From Eledone cirrhosa (lineage: Eukaryota), in the NCBI GenBank assembly GCA_964016885.1, contig OZ024742.1, positions 259,966,001-260,030,000 of the forward strand: a stretch of DNA of 64,000 nucleotides. The letters are read 5' to 3'. Made by a program: the position numbers and the translations under genes. Of the stretch, positions 1 through 16,029 are shown one piece after another. The notes below the pieces were generated by a model. That model was not told where the DNA came from and did no database searches. It was given only the letters and a program-made list of their open reading frames with translations. Position 1 is the first letter of the stretch, and the number at the start of each line of letters is the position of its first letter.

Positions 1-3000
1 AGTAACAACAATTACAGCAACAGTAGCAACAACAATTACAGCAACAGTAGTAACAACAATTACAGCAACAGTAGTAACAACAATTACAGCAACAGTAGTA
101 ACAACAATTACAGCAACAGTAGTAACAACAATTACAGCAACAGTAGTAACAACAATTACAGCAACAGTAGCAACAACAATTACAGCAACAGTAGCAACAA
201 CAATTACAGCAACAGTAGCAACAACAATTACAGCAACAGTAGTAACAACAATTACAGCAACAGTAGTAACAACAATTACAGCAACAGTAGTAACAACAAT
301 TACAGCAACAGTAGTAACAACAACAATTACAGCAACAGTAGCAACAACAATTACAGCAACAGTAGCAACAACAATTACAGCAACAGTAGTAACAACAATT
401 ACAGCAACAGTAGTAACAACAATTACAGCAACAGTAGCAGCAACAACAATTACAGCAACAGTAGTAACAACAATTACAGCAACAGTAGCAACAACAATTA
501 CAGCAACAGTAACAACAACAATTACAACAACAGTAGCAACAACAATTACAGCAACAGTAGCAACAACAATTACAGCAATAGTGACAACAACAATTACAGC
601 AACAGTATTAACAACAATTACAGCAACAGTAGCAACAACAATTACAGCAACAGTAGCAGCAACAATTACAGCAACAGTAGCAACAACAATTACAGCAACA
701 GTAGCAACAACAATTACAGCAACAGTAGCAACAACAATTACAGCAACAGTAGGAACAACAATTACAGCAACAGTAGTAACAACAATCACAGCAACAGTAG
801 CAACAACAATTACAACAGAAGTGACAACAACAATTACAGCAACAGTAGCAACAACAATTACAGCAACAGTAGCAACAACAATTACAGCAACAGTAGCAAC
901 AACAATTACAGCAACAGTAGCAACAACAATTACAGCAACAGTAGCAACAACAATTACAGCAACAGTAGCAACAACAATTACAGCAACAGTAGCAACAACA
1001 ATTACAACAACAGTAGCAACAACAACAATTACAACAACAGTGGCAACAACAATTACAGCAATAGTAGCAACAACAACAATTACAACAACAGTAGTAACAA
1101 CAATTACAGCAACAGTAGTAACAACAATTACAGCAACAGTAACAACAACAATTACAGCAACAGTAGCAACAACAATTACAGCAACAGTAGCAACAACAAC
1201 AATTACAACAACAGTAGAAACAACAATTACAGCAACAGTAGCAACAACAACAATTACAACAACAGTAGTAACAACAATTACAACAACAGTAGCAACAACA
1301 ATTACAGCAACAGTAGCAACAACAATTACAGCAACAGTAGCAACAACAATTACAGCAACAGTAGTAACAACAATTACAGCAACAGTAGCAACAACAATTA
1401 CAGCAACAGTAGTAACAACAATTACAACAACAGTAGTAACAACAATTACAACAACAGTAGTAACAACAATTACAGCAACAGTAGTAACAACAATTACAGC
1501 AACAGTAGCAACAACAATTACAGCAACAGTAGCAACAACAATTACAGCAACAGTAGCAACAACAATTACAGCAACAGTAGCAACAACAATTACAACAACA
1601 GTAGCAACAACAACAATTACAGCAACAGTAGCAACAACAATTACAGCAACAGTAGCAACAACAATTACAGCAACAGTAGCAACAACAATTACAGCAACAG
1701 TAGCAACAACAATTACAGCAACAGTAGCAACAACAATTATAGCAACAGTAGTAACAACAATTACAGCAACAGTAGTAACAACAATTACAGCAACAGTAGC
1801 AACAACAATTACAGCAACAGTAGCAACAACAATTACAGCAACAATAGCAACAACATTACAACAACAGTAGCAACAACAATTACAGCAACAGTAGTAACAA
1901 CAATTACAGCAACAGTAGCAACAACAATTACAGCAACAGTAGTAACAACAATTACAACAACAGTAGCAACAACAATTACAGCAACAGTAGTAACAACAAT
2001 TACAGCAACAGTAGCAACAACAATTACAGCAACAGTAGTAACAACAATTACAGCAACAGTAGCAACAACAATTACAGCAACAGTAGCAACAACAATTACA
2101 GCAACAGTAGCAACAACAATTACAGCAACAGTAGTAACAACAATTACAGCAACAGTAGCAACAACAATTACAGCAACAGTAGCAACAACAATTACAGCAA
2201 CAGTAGTAACAACAATTACAGCAACAGTAGCAACAACAATTACAGCAACAGTAGCAACAACAATTACAGCAACAGTAGTAACAACAATTACAACAACAGT
2301 AGCAACAACAATTACAGCAACAGTAGCAACAACAATTACAGCAACAGTAGTAACAACAATTACAGCAACAGTAGCAACAACAATTACAGCAACAGTAGCA
2401 ACAACAATTACAGCAACAGTAGTAACAACAATTACAGCAACAGTAGCAACAACAATTACAGCAACAGTAGCAACAACAATTACAGCAACAGTAGCAACAA
2501 CAATTACAGCAACAGTAGTAACAACAATTACAGCAACAGTAGCAACAACAATTACAGCAACAGTAGCAACAACAATTACAGCAACAGTAGCAACAACAAT
2601 TACAGCAACAGTAGCAACAACAATTACAGCAACAGTAGCAACAACAATTACAGCAACAGTAGTAACAACAATTACAGCAACAGTAGCAACAACAATTACA
2701 GCAACAGTAGTAACAACAATTACAGCAACAGTAGTAACAACAATTACAGCAACAGTAGTAACAACAATTACAGCAACAGTAGTAACAACAATTACAGCAG
2801 CAGTAGCAACAACAATTACAGCAACAGTAGCAACAACAATTACAGCAACAGTAGCAACAACAATTACAGCAACAGTAGTAACAACAATTACAGCAACAGT
2901 AGCAACAACAATTACAGCAACAGTAGCAACAACAATTACAGCAACAGTAGCAACAACAATTACAGCAACAGTAGCAACAACAATTACAGCAACAGTAGCA

Positions 3001-6000
3001 ACAACAATTACAGCAACAGTAGTAACAACAATTACAGCAACAGTAGCAACAACAATTACAGCAACAGTAGTAACAACAATTACAGCAACAGTAGTAACAA
3101 CAATTACAGCAACAGTAGTAACAACAATTACAGCAACAGTAGTAACAACAATTACAGCAGCAGTAGCAACAACAATTACAGCAACAGTAGCAACAACAAT
3201 TACAGCAACAGTAGCAACAACAATTACAGCAACAGTAGCAACAACAATTACAGCAACAGTAGTAACAACAATTACAGCAACAGTAGTAACAACAATTACA
3301 GCAACAGTAGCAACAACAATTACAGCAACAGTAGTAACAACAATTACAGCAACAGTAGTAACAACAATTACAGCAACAGTAGCAACAACAATTACAACAA
3401 CAGTAGCAACAACAATTACAGCAACAGTAGCAACAACAATTACAGCAACAGTAGCAACAACAATTACAGCAACAGTAGCAACAACAATTACAGCAACAGT
3501 AGTAACAACAATTACAGCAACAGTAGCAACAACAATTACAGCAACAGTAGCAACAACAATTACAGCAACAGTAGTAACAACAATTACAGCAACAGTAGCA
3601 ACAACAATTACAGCAACAGTAGTAACAACAATTACAGCAACAGTAGTAACAACAATTACAGCAACAGTAGCAACAACAATTACAGCAACAGTAGCAACAA
3701 CAATTACAGCATCAGTAGTAACAACAATTACAGCATCAGTAGTAACAACAATTACAGCAACAGTAGTAACAACAACAATTACAACAACAGTAGTAACAAC
3801 AATTACAGCAACAGTAGTAACAACAACAATTACAGCAACAGTAGTAACAACAATTACAGCAACAGTAGCAACAACAATTACAGCAACAGTAGTAACAACA
3901 ATTACAGCAACAGTAGTAACAACAATTACAGCAACAGTAGCAACAACAATTACAGCAACAGTAGCAACAACAATTACAGCATCAGTAGTAACAACAATTA
4001 CAGCATCAGTAGTAACAACAATTACAGCAACAGTAGTAACAACAACAATTACAACAACAGTAGAAACAACAATTACAGCAACAGTAGTAACAACAATTAC
4101 AGCAACAGTAGTAACAACAATTACAGCAACAGTAGCAACAACAATTACAGCAACAGTGACAACAACAATTACAGCAACAGTAGCAACAACAATTACAGCA
4201 ACAGTAGTAACAACAATTACAGCAACAGTAGCAACAACAATTACAGCAACAGTGACAACAACAATTACAGCAACAGTAGCAACAACAATTACAGCAACAG
4301 TAGTAACAACAATTACAGCAACAGTGACAACAACAATTACAGCAACAGTAGCAACAACAATTACAGCAACAGTAGTAACAACAATTACAGCAACAGTAGC
4401 AACAACAATTACAGCAACAGTAGTAACAACAATTACAGCAACAGTAGTAACAACAATTACAACAACAGTAGCAACAACAACAATTACAGCAACAGTAGCA
4501 ACAACAATTACAGCAACAGTAGTAACAACAATTACAGCAACAGTAGTAACAACAATTACAGCAACAGTAGCAACAACAATTACAGCAACAGTAGTAACAA
4601 CAATTACAGCAACAGTAGTAACAACAATTACAACAACAGTAGCAACAACAACAATTACAGCAACAGTAGCAACAACAATTACAGCAACAGTAGTAACAAC
4701 AATTACAGCAACAGTAGTAACAACAATTACAGCAACAGTAGCAACAACAATTACAGCAACAGTAGTAACAACAATTACAGCAACAGTAGTAACAACAATT
4801 ACAGCAACAGTAGTAACAACAATTACAGCAACAGTAGTAACAACAATTACAACAGTGACAACAACAATTACAGCAACAGTAGCAACAACAATTACAGCAA
4901 CAGTAGTAACAACAATTACAGCAACAGTAGTAACAACAATTACAGCAACAGTAGCAACAACAATTACAGCATCAGTAGTAACAACAATTACAGCAACAGT
5001 AGCAACAACAATTACAGCATCAGTAGTAACAACAATTACAGCAACAGTAGTAACAACAATTACAGCAACAGTAGCAACAACAATTACAGCAACAGTAGTA
5101 ACAACAATTACAGCAACAGTAGCAACAACAATTACAGCATCAGTAGTAACAACAATTACAGCAACAGTAGCAACAACAACAATTACAGCAACAGTAGTAA
5201 CAACAATTACAGCAACAGTAGCAACAACAATTACAGCATCAGTAGTAACAACAATTACAGCAACAGTAGTAACAACAATTACAGCAACAGTAGTAACAAC
5301 AATTACAGCAACAGTAGCAACAACAATTACAGCATCAGTAGTAACAACAATTACAACAACAGTAGCAACAACAACAATTACAGCAACAGTAGCAACAACA
5401 ATTACAGCAACAGTAGTAACAACAATTACAGCAACAGTAGCAACAACAATTACAGCAACAGTAGTAACAACAATTACAGCAACAGTAGTAACAACAATTA
5501 CAGCAACAGTAGCAACAACAATTACAGCAACAGTAGTAACAACAATTACAGCAACAGTAGCAACAACAATTACAGCAACAGTAGTAACAACAATTACAGC
5601 AACAGTAGTAACAACAATTACAGCAACAGTAGTAACAACAATTACAGCAACAGTAGTAACAACAATTACAGCAACAGTAGCAACAACAATTACAGCAACA
5701 GTAGCAACAACAATTACAGCAACAGTAGTAACAACAATTACAGCAACAGTAGTAACAACAATTACAACAGTGACAACAACAATTACAGCAACAGTAGCAA
5801 CAACAATTACAGCAACAGTAGTAACAACAATTACAGCAACAGTAGTAACAACAATTACAGCAACAGTAGCAACAACAATTACAGCATCAGTAGTAACAAC
5901 AATTACAGCAACAGTAGCAACAACAATTACAGCATCAGTAGTAACAACAATTACAGCAACAGTAGTAACAACAATTACAGCAACAGTAGCAACAACAATT

Positions 6001-9000
6001 ACAGCAACAGTAGTAACAACAATTACAGCAACAGTAGTAACAACAATTACAGCAACAGTAGCAACAACAATTACAGCAACAGTAGCAACAACAATTACAG
6101 CAACAGTAGCAACAACAATTACAACAGTGACAACAACAATTACAGCAACAGTAGAAACAACAATTACAGCAACAGTAGTAACAACAATTACAGCAACAGT
6201 AGTAACAACAATTACAGCAACAGTAGCAACAACAATTACAGCATCAGTAGTAACAACAATTACAGCAACAGTAGCAACAACAATTACAGCATCAGTAGTA
6301 ACAACAATTACAGCAACAGTAGTAACAACAATTACAGCAACAGTAGCAACAACAATTACAGCAACAGTAGTAACAACAATTACAGCAACAGTAGTAACAA
6401 CAATTACAGCAACAGTAGCAACAACAATTACAGCAACAGTAGTAACAACAATTACAGCAACAGTAGTAACAACAATTACAACAGTGACAACAACAATTAC
6501 AGCAACAGTAGCAACAACAATTACAGCAACAGTAGTAACAACAATTACAGCAACAGTAGCAACAACAATTACAGCATCAGTAGTAACAACAATTACAGCA
6601 ACAGTAGCAACAACAATTACAGCATCAGTAGTAACAACAATTACAGCAACAGTAGTAACAACAATTACAGCAACAGTAGCAACAACAATTACAGCAACAG
6701 TAGTAACAACAATTACAGCAACAGTAGCAACAACAATTACAGCAACAGTAGTAACAACAATTACAACAACAGTAGTAACAACAATTACAGCAACAGTAGC
6801 AACAACAATTACAGCAACAGTAGTAACAACAATTACAGCAACAGTAGCAACAACAATTACAGCAACAGTAGTAACAACAATTACAGCAACAGTAGTAACA
6901 ACAATTACAGCAACAGTAGCAACAACAATTACAACAACAGTAGCAACAACAATTACAACAACAGTAGAAACAACAATTACAGCAACAGTAGCAACAACAA
7001 TTACAACAACAGTAGCAACAACAATTACAACAACAGTAGTAACAACAATTACAGCAACAGTAGCAACAACAATTACAGCAACAGTAGCAACAACAATTAC
7101 AGCAACAGTAGTAACAACAATTACAGCAACAGTAGCAACAACAATTACAGCAACAGTAGTAACAACAATTACAACAACAGTAGTAACAACAATTACAGCA
7201 ACAGTAGTAACAACAATTACAGCAACAGTAGTAACAACAATTACAGCAACAGTAGCAACAACAATTACAGCAACAGTAGCAACAACAATTACAACAACAG
7301 TAGCAACAACAATTACAGCAACAGTAGTAACAACAATTACAGCAACAGTAGCAACAACAATTACAGCAACAGTAGCAACAACAATTACAGCAACAGTAGC
7401 AACAACAATTACAGCAACAGTAGTAACAACAATTACAGCAACAGTAGCAACAACAATTACAGCATCAGTAGTAACAACAATTACAGCAACAGTAGCAACA
7501 ACAATTACAGCAACAGTAGTAACAACAATTACAGCAACAGTAGTAACAACAATTACAACAACAGTAGTAACAACAATTACAGCAACAGTAGCAACAACAA
7601 TTACAGCAACAGTAGTAACAACAATTACAGCAACAGTAGCAACAACAATTACAGCAACAGTAGTAACAACAATTACAGCAACAGTAGCAACAACAATTAC
7701 AGCAACAGTAGTAACAACAATTACAGCAACAGTAGTAACAACAATTACAGCAACAGTAGTAACAACAATTACAGCAACAGTAGTAACAACAATTACAACA
7801 ACAGTAGCAACAACAATTACAACAACAGTAGTAACAACAATTACAGCAACAGTAGTAACAACAATTACAGCAACAGTAGTAACAACAATTACAGCAACAG
7901 TAGCAACAACAATTACAGCAACAGTAGTAACAACAATTACAGCAACAGTAGTAACAACAATTACAGCAACAGTAGTAACAACAATTACAGCAACAGTAGT
8001 AACAACAATTACAGCAACAGTAGCAACAACAATTACAGCAACAGTAGTAACAACAATTACAGCAGCAGTAGTAACAACAATTACAGCAACAGTAGCAACA
8101 ACAATTACAGCAACAGTAGCAACAACAACAATTACAGCAACAGTAGCAACAACAATAACAGCAACAGTAGTAACAACAATTACAGCAACAGTAGCAACAA
8201 CAATTACAACAACAGTAGTAACAACAATTACAGCATCAGTAGTAACAACAATTACAGCAACAGTAGTAACAACAATTACAGCAACAGTAGCAACAACAAT
8301 TACAGCAACAGTAGCAACAACAATTACAGCAACAGTAGTAACAACAATTACAGCAGCAGTAGTAACAACAATTACAGCAACAGTAGCAACAACAATTACA
8401 GCAACAGTAGTAACAACAATTACAGCAACAGTAGTAACAACAATTACAACAACAGTAGTAACAACAATTACAACAACAGTAGTAACAACAGTTACAGCAA
8501 CAGTAGTAACAACAATTACAGCAACAGTAGTAACAACAATTACAACAGTGACAACAACAATTACAGCAACAGTAGCAACAACAATTACAGCAACAGTAGT
8601 AACAACAATTACAGCAACAACAGCAACAACAATTACAGCAACAGTAGTAACAACAATTACAACAACAGTAGTAACAACAATTACAACAGTGACAACAACA
8701 ATTACAGCAACAGTAGTAACAACAATTACAGCAACAGTAGTAACAACAATTACAGCAACAGTAGTAACAACAATTACAGCAACAGTAGTAACAACAATTA
8801 CAACAGTGACAACAACAATTACAGCAACAGTAGCAACAACAATTACAGCAACAGTAGCAACAACAATTACAGCAACAGTAGCAACAACAATTACAGCAAC
8901 AGTAGCAACAACAATTACAGCAACAGTAGCAACAACAATTACAACAACAGTAGTAACAACAGTTACAGCAACAGTAGTAACAACAATTACAGCAACAGTA

Positions 9001-12000
9001 GTAACAACAATTACAGCAACAGTAGTAACAACAATTACAACAGTGACAACAACAATTACAACAACAGTAGCAACAACAATTACAACAACAGTAGTAACAA
9101 CAGTTACAGCAACAGTAGTAACAACAATTACAGCAACAGTAGTAACAACAATTACAGCAACAGTAGTAACAACAATTACAGCAACAGTAGCAACAACAAT
9201 TACAGCAACAGTAGTAACAACAATTACAGCAACAGTAGTAACAACAATTACAGCAACAGTAGTAACAACAATTACAGCAACAGTAGTAACAACAATTACA
9301 GCAACAACAGCAACAACAATTACAGCAACAGTAGTAACAACAATTACAACAACAGTAGTAACAACAATTACAACAGTGACAACAACAATTACAACAACAG
9401 TAGCAACAACAATTACAACAACAGTAGTAACAACAGTTACAGCAACAGTAGTAACAACAATTACAGCAACAGTAGTAACAACAATTACAACAGTGACAAC
9501 AACAATTACAGCAACAGTAGTAACAACAATTACAGCAACAGTAGTAACAACAATTACAACAGTGACAACAACAATTACAGCAACAGTAGCAACAACAATT
9601 ACAGCAACAGTAGCAACAACAATTACAGCAACAGTAGTAACAACAATTACAGCAACAGTAGTAACAACAATTACAACAACAGTAGCAACAACAATTACAA
9701 CAGTGACAACAACAATTACAGCAACAGTAGTAACAACAATTACAGCAACAGTAGTAACAACAATTACAACAGTGACAACAACAATTACAGCAACAGTAGC
9801 AACAACAATTACAGCAACAGTAGTAACAACAATTACAGCAACAGTAGTAACAACAATTACAGCAACAGTAGCAACAACAATTACAGCAACAGTAGTAACA
9901 ACAATTACAGCAACAGTAGTAACAACAATTACAACAACAGTAGCAACAACAATTACAACAGTGACAACAACAATTACAGCAACAGTAGTAACAACAATTA
10001 CAGCAACAGTAGTAACAACAATTACAACAGTGACAACAACAATTACAGCAACAGTAGCAACAACAATTACAGCAACAGTAGTAACAACAATTACAGCAAC
10101 AACAGCAACAACAATTACAGCAACAGTAGTAACAACAATTACAACAACAGTAGTAACAACAATTACAACAGTGACAACAACAATTACAGCAACAGTAGCA
10201 ACAACAATTACAGCAACAGTAGCAACAACAATTACAGCAACAGTAGTAACAACAATTACAGCAACAGTAGTAACAACAATTACAGCAACAGTAGTAACAA
10301 CAATTACAGCAACAGTAGTAACAACAATTACAGCAACAGTAGTAACAACAATTACAGCAACAGTAGCAACAACAATTACAGCAACAGTAGTAACAACAAT
10401 TACAGCAACAGTAGCAACAACAATTACAGCAACAGTAGCAACAACAATTACAGCAACAGTAGTAACAACAATTACAGCAACAGTAGCAACAACAATTACA
10501 GCAACAACAGCAACAACAATTACAGCAACAGTAGTAACAACAATTACAGCAACAGTAGTAACAACAACAATTACAGCAACAGTAGCAACAACAATTACAT
10601 CAACAGTAGCAACAACAATTACAAAAACATTGACAACAACAATTACAGCAACAGTAGCAACAACAATTACAGCAACAGTAGCAACAACAATTACAACAAC
10701 AGTAGCAACAACAACAATTACAACAACAGTAGCAACAACAACAATTACAGCAACAGTAGCAACAACAATTACAGCAACAGTAGCAACAACAATTACAGCA
10801 ACAGTAGCAACAACAATTACAGCAACAATAGTAACAACAATTACAGCAACAGTAGCAACAACAATTACAACAACAGTAGCAACAACAACAATTACAACAA
10901 CAGTAGCAACAACAACAATTACAGCAACAGTAACAACAACAATTACAGCAACAGTAGCAACAACAATTACAGCAACAGTAGCAACAACAATTACAACAAC
11001 AGTAGCAACAACAACAATTACAACAACAGTGGCAACAACAATTACAGCAACAGTAGCAACAACAACAATTACAACAACAGTAGTAACAACAATTACAGCA
11101 ACAGTAGTAACAACAATTACAGCAACAGTAACAACGACATTTACAGCAACAGTAGCAACAACAATTACAACAACAGTAGCAACAACAACAATTACAGCAA
11201 CAGTAGCAACAACAATTACAGCAACAGTAGCAACAACAATTACAGCAACAGTAGCAACAACAACAATTACAACAACAGTAGAAACAACAATTACAGCAAC
11301 AGTAGCAACAACAACAATTACAACAACAGTAGTAACAACAATTACAACAACAGTAGCAACAACAATTACAACAACAGTAGTAACAACAACAATTACAACA
11401 ACAGTAGCAACAACAACAATTACAACAACAGTAGTAACAACAATTACAACAACAGTAGTAACAACAATTACAGCAACAGTAGCAACAACAATTACAACAA
11501 CAGTAGTAACAACAATTACAGCAACAGTAGCAACAACAACAATTACAGCAACAGTAGTAACAACAATTACAACAACAGTAGCAACAACAATTACAGCAAC
11601 AGTAGTAACAACAATTACAGCAACAGTAGTAACAACAATTACAGCAACAGTAGCAACAACAATTACAGCAACAGTAGCAACAACAATTACAGCAACAGTA
11701 GTAACAACAATTACAGCAACAGTAGTAACAACAATTACAGCAACAGTAGCAACAACAATTACAGCAACAGTAGTAACAACAATTACAGCAACAGTAGTAA
11801 CAACAATTACAACAACAGTAGCAACAACAATTACAGCAACAGTAGTAACAACAATTACAGCAACAGTAGTAACAACAATTACAGCAACAGTAGCAACAAC
11901 AATTACAGCAACAGTAGCAACAACAATTACAGCAACAGTAGTAACAACAATTACAGCAACAGTAGCAACAACAATTACAGCAACAGTAGTAACAACAATT

Positions 12001-13240
12001 ACAGCAACAGTAGCAACAACAATTACAGCAACAGTAGTAACAACAATTACAGCAACAGTAGTAACAACAATTACAGCAACAGTAGCAACAACAATTACAG
12101 CAACAGTAGCAACAACAATTACAGCAACAGTAGTAACAACAATTACAGCAACAGTAGCAACAACAATTACAGCAACAGTAGCAACAACAATTACAGCAAC
12201 AGTAGTAACAACAATTACAGCAACAGTAGCAACAACAATTACAGCAACAGTAGCAACAACAATTACAGCAACAGTAGTAACAACAATTACAGCAACAGTA
12301 GCAACAACAATTACAGCAACAGTAGCAACAACAATTACAGCAACAGTAGCAACAACAATTACAGCAACAGTAGCAACAACAATTACAGCAACAGTAGTAA
12401 CAACAATTACAGCAACAGTAGCAACAACAATTACAGCAACAGTAGCAACAACAATTACAGCAACAGTAGTAACAACAATTACAGCAACAGTAGCAACAAC
12501 AATTACAGCAACAGTAGCAACAACAATTACAGCAACAGTAGCAACAACAATTACAGCAACAGTAGCAACAACAATTACAGCAACAGTAGTAACAACAATT
12601 ACAGCAACAGTAGCAACAACAATTACAGCAACAGTAGCAACAACAATTACAGCAACAGTAGTAACAACAATTACAGCAACAGTAGTAACAACAATTACAG
12701 CAACAGTAGTAACAACAATTACAGCAACAGTAGTAACAACAATTACAGCAACAGTAGCAACAACAATTACAGCAACAGTAGCAACAACAATTACAGCAAC
12801 AGTAGTAACAACAATTACAGCAACAGTAGTAACAACAATTACAGCAACAGTAGTAACAACAATTACAGCAACAGTAGTAACAACAATTACAGCAACAGTA
12901 GTAACAACAATTACAGCAACAGTAGCAACAACAATTACAGCAACAGTAGCAACAACAATTACAGCAACAGTAGTAACAACAATTACAGCAACAGTAGTAA
13001 CAACAATTACAGCAACAGTAGTAACAACAATTACAGCAACAGTAGTAACAACAATTACAGCAACAGTAGTAACAACAATTACAGCAACAGTAGTAACAAC
13101 AATTACAGCAACAGTAGTAACAACAATTACAGCAACAGTAGTAACAACAATTACAGCAACAGTAGCAACAACAATTACAGCAACAGTAGCAACAACAACA
13201 ATTACAGCAACAGTAGCAACAACAACAATTACAGCAACAG
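1..13240. repeat. 24-bp satellite (ACAACAATTACAGCAACAGTAG[C/T]A)n, runs off the left edge
   Basis: Continuous tandem unit with a GCA/GTA dimorphism and +/-ACA indels; decays into unique-like sequence at about 13240-13450. Confidence 0.97.
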
Positions 13241-13489
13241 CAGTAACAACAATTCCAGCAACAATTTCAGTAACAGCAGTAACAACAATCACAGCAACTG
13301 CAACAATTGCAGCAACAACAGTAACAATAACTGCTGTTACTGCTGTTGCTGCAACAATTACTGCTACTGTCGCTGTTGCTGATACTCTTAATGTTTCTGT
13401 TACTGCTGCCAATCATGCTGCTACTGTTGCTACTGCTGTTGATACATGTAATTAGTTTATTGTCCAGACAATATGTTTTCTTCTGATAT

Positions 13490-14262
13490 AATAATCACAG
13501 CTGCCGATGTAACAATCACAGCCGTCGATCTAGCAATCACTGATAACGATGTAGTAATCACTGTCGACAATCTAACAATCATTAATAAGACTCTAGCAAT
13601 CACTGATGACGATGTAGCAATCACTGATGACGGTGTAGCAATTACTGATGACGGTGTAGCAATCACTAATGACAATCTAGCAATCACTAATGAGAATCTA
13701 GCAATCACTGATGACGATGTAGCAATCACTGATGACGGTATAGCAATCACTAATGACAATCTAGCAATCACTAATGAGAATCTAGCAATCACTGATGACG
13801 ATATAGCAATCAGTGATGACGATGTAGCAATCACTGATGACAGTGTAGCAATCAGTGATGACGATGTAGCAATCACTAATGAGAATCTAGCAATCTGTGA
13901 TGACGATGTAGTAATCACTAATGACAGTGTAGCAATCACAGCTGTCGATCTAGCAATCACTGATGACGATTTAGCAATCATTGTAGGCGATGTAGTAATC
14001 ACTGTTGACGATGTGGCAATCACTGTTGACGGTGTAGCAATCACTGCTGATGATCTAGCTATCTCTGAGGTCGATGTAGCAATCATTGATGACGATCTAG
14101 CAATCACTGATGACGGTATAGCCATCACTGATGATGGTCTATAATCATAGCTAATGATTTAGCAATCCCTAATCACTGATGACAGTGTATCAATCACTGA
14201 TGACGATGTAGCAATCACTGATGACAGTGTAACAATCACTGATGACAGTGTAACAATCACTG
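13490..14262. repeat. Diverged 21-bp minisatellite (GTAGCAATCACTGATGACGAT)n
   Basis: Roughly 35 units; reads as AITDDDV heptads on + and SSVIAT/R on -. Confidence 0.9.
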
Positions 14263-14369
14263 CAGGATTTGACTCTGCTATTACGACTGAGCAACTCTCT
14301 ATCTATCAACTTGCGATGAATAAAATACATGAAGTAGTATGAAGCTCAGTCCACTTCTGTTTGTGGACG

Positions 14370-14665
14370 CAATCATTAAGTGCTTAGTTCGATTCCACTG
14401 TGAGACATCTTGAGCAATTTTTATTTGCCTTGGAGTGAAATTGGGTAAACGGTAACTGTTTAAAAACCTGTCGGGTAGACTGTACCTGTAATTCAAAGAG
14501 CCAGCATTATCACACAGTATTTCCCGCAGAATCTCCCTTAGAACTTAGTTAATAGGTACACGTATCAGTAGAATGTTCAACCACTTGCACGTTAATTTCA
14601 TGAGCAGGCTGTTTCATTGATCAAACAACTGGAACGCTCATCGTCGAAACCGACAGAGGTCCATC
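14370..14665 (+). mobile_element. SINE family B (tRNA-head type), degenerate; related copies near 17040-17360, 56215-56350, 56750-57340
   Basis: Shared blocks gtgagtgaaattgggtagacgg, gtaattcaaag..ccag, cacgttaatttca, gatcgaacaactggaa recur between the copies. Confidence 0.7.
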
Positions 14666-15684
14666 AGTGACTATTATTCATCATATTATACGACGTTAAT
14701 GCATTATTGTATTAATAGAGAACAATGGTGCATAAATCAATCAGAACTATACACTTTAGCTCTATAATGTCCATAAGCCTGATGGAAATCTAATATATTT
14801 TAGTATATTATCATGCAGTTTGTTTCCTTTTCGTCAAATTAATGTAAATTTTCTTTGAAAGTTATAGGACATTCCTAGACTTCATATTTCTGTTGCTACA
14901 AGAGACAGAAATTATGATATTTTTATTTGATGAAGGTTACATCTATCACTAGATTGGCACCCGACCTGGCATGTCCATTAACACAGCAGGACGATCGCTT
15001 AAATTAAAGCAAGATGCAGTATTGCAAAGTTACATAGACACCTGATGGGTACCTGTACAAGGATCGACTAAACCATTGTCAGAACAAGGAAGAACAAATC
15101 TATATACGAGCTCTATTGTTGTTCAAGTGGAATCACAAAGCATGATGAATTAACTACCGAGCAAAAAACAGTATGTCATTGTCTGGAACAATCTGCAGCA
15201 TTAGGAGTGCCTGCATTTGTATCATTCTCTATCACTATGTATTTTTCTCTATAATAGTATAGTTTTTTAAAACCTTGTTTCTCTGATTAGTAATAAATAA
15301 AAATTTCTAAATCATAAACAATTCAATTTCAAATAACAACAACACTACAGATATTGTTGTCTTCCTGTTTTTTCTACGAGAACTAAAACGGTACGCGATG
15401 GGCCCACCCACAGGCCCGGCGGACAGAGTGGAGAAGGCGTTTCCCCGGAGGACAGCAAGGGAGACACCCACCTACATTCCTTCAACCCCTCTCCTCACTC
15501 ATCCCAAAGAAATATCAGCGACTTGATATTAGGCCACAATTGTCACCATTTGAGGATAAAATGAGTTGCGGTATTTGTTCCTGGTCTCTGCACCCTAAGT
15601 TCAAATCTTGCCGAGGCAAACATTGACATTCATTCATTCGGGGGCCGATAGATAAAGTATCAATCAAGTGTTGAGGTCGATCCT

Positions 15685-15741
<57 letters not shown>

Positions 15742-16029
15742 CTCCTCTCTCTCTCTTTCTCTCTCTTTCTCTCAAAGAAGATGAGATTGACGTGTTAAGA
15801 TCTAGCGGGGGATGGGTTCCACCAAATTTTCTAAAAGATGCTCAACGTATGCCCAATGTATGCCTACGACTACATTATCAAGTATGGAGTCAATGATTTT
15901 TCTGAGAAAGCTACCAGTGATAGACTAGCGTCCGCGAGTTTTACGATGAGCCCCTGAAACTTTCAGAGTCATTTGTGAATATCATTATCATTATTATTAG
16001 TATTATTATTATTGTTATTATTATTATAA

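Noticed and set aside
13490-14262. Tandem hammerheads suggested by repeated CTGATGA
   Set aside because: No GAAA partner or stems; CTGATGA is just part of the repeat unit
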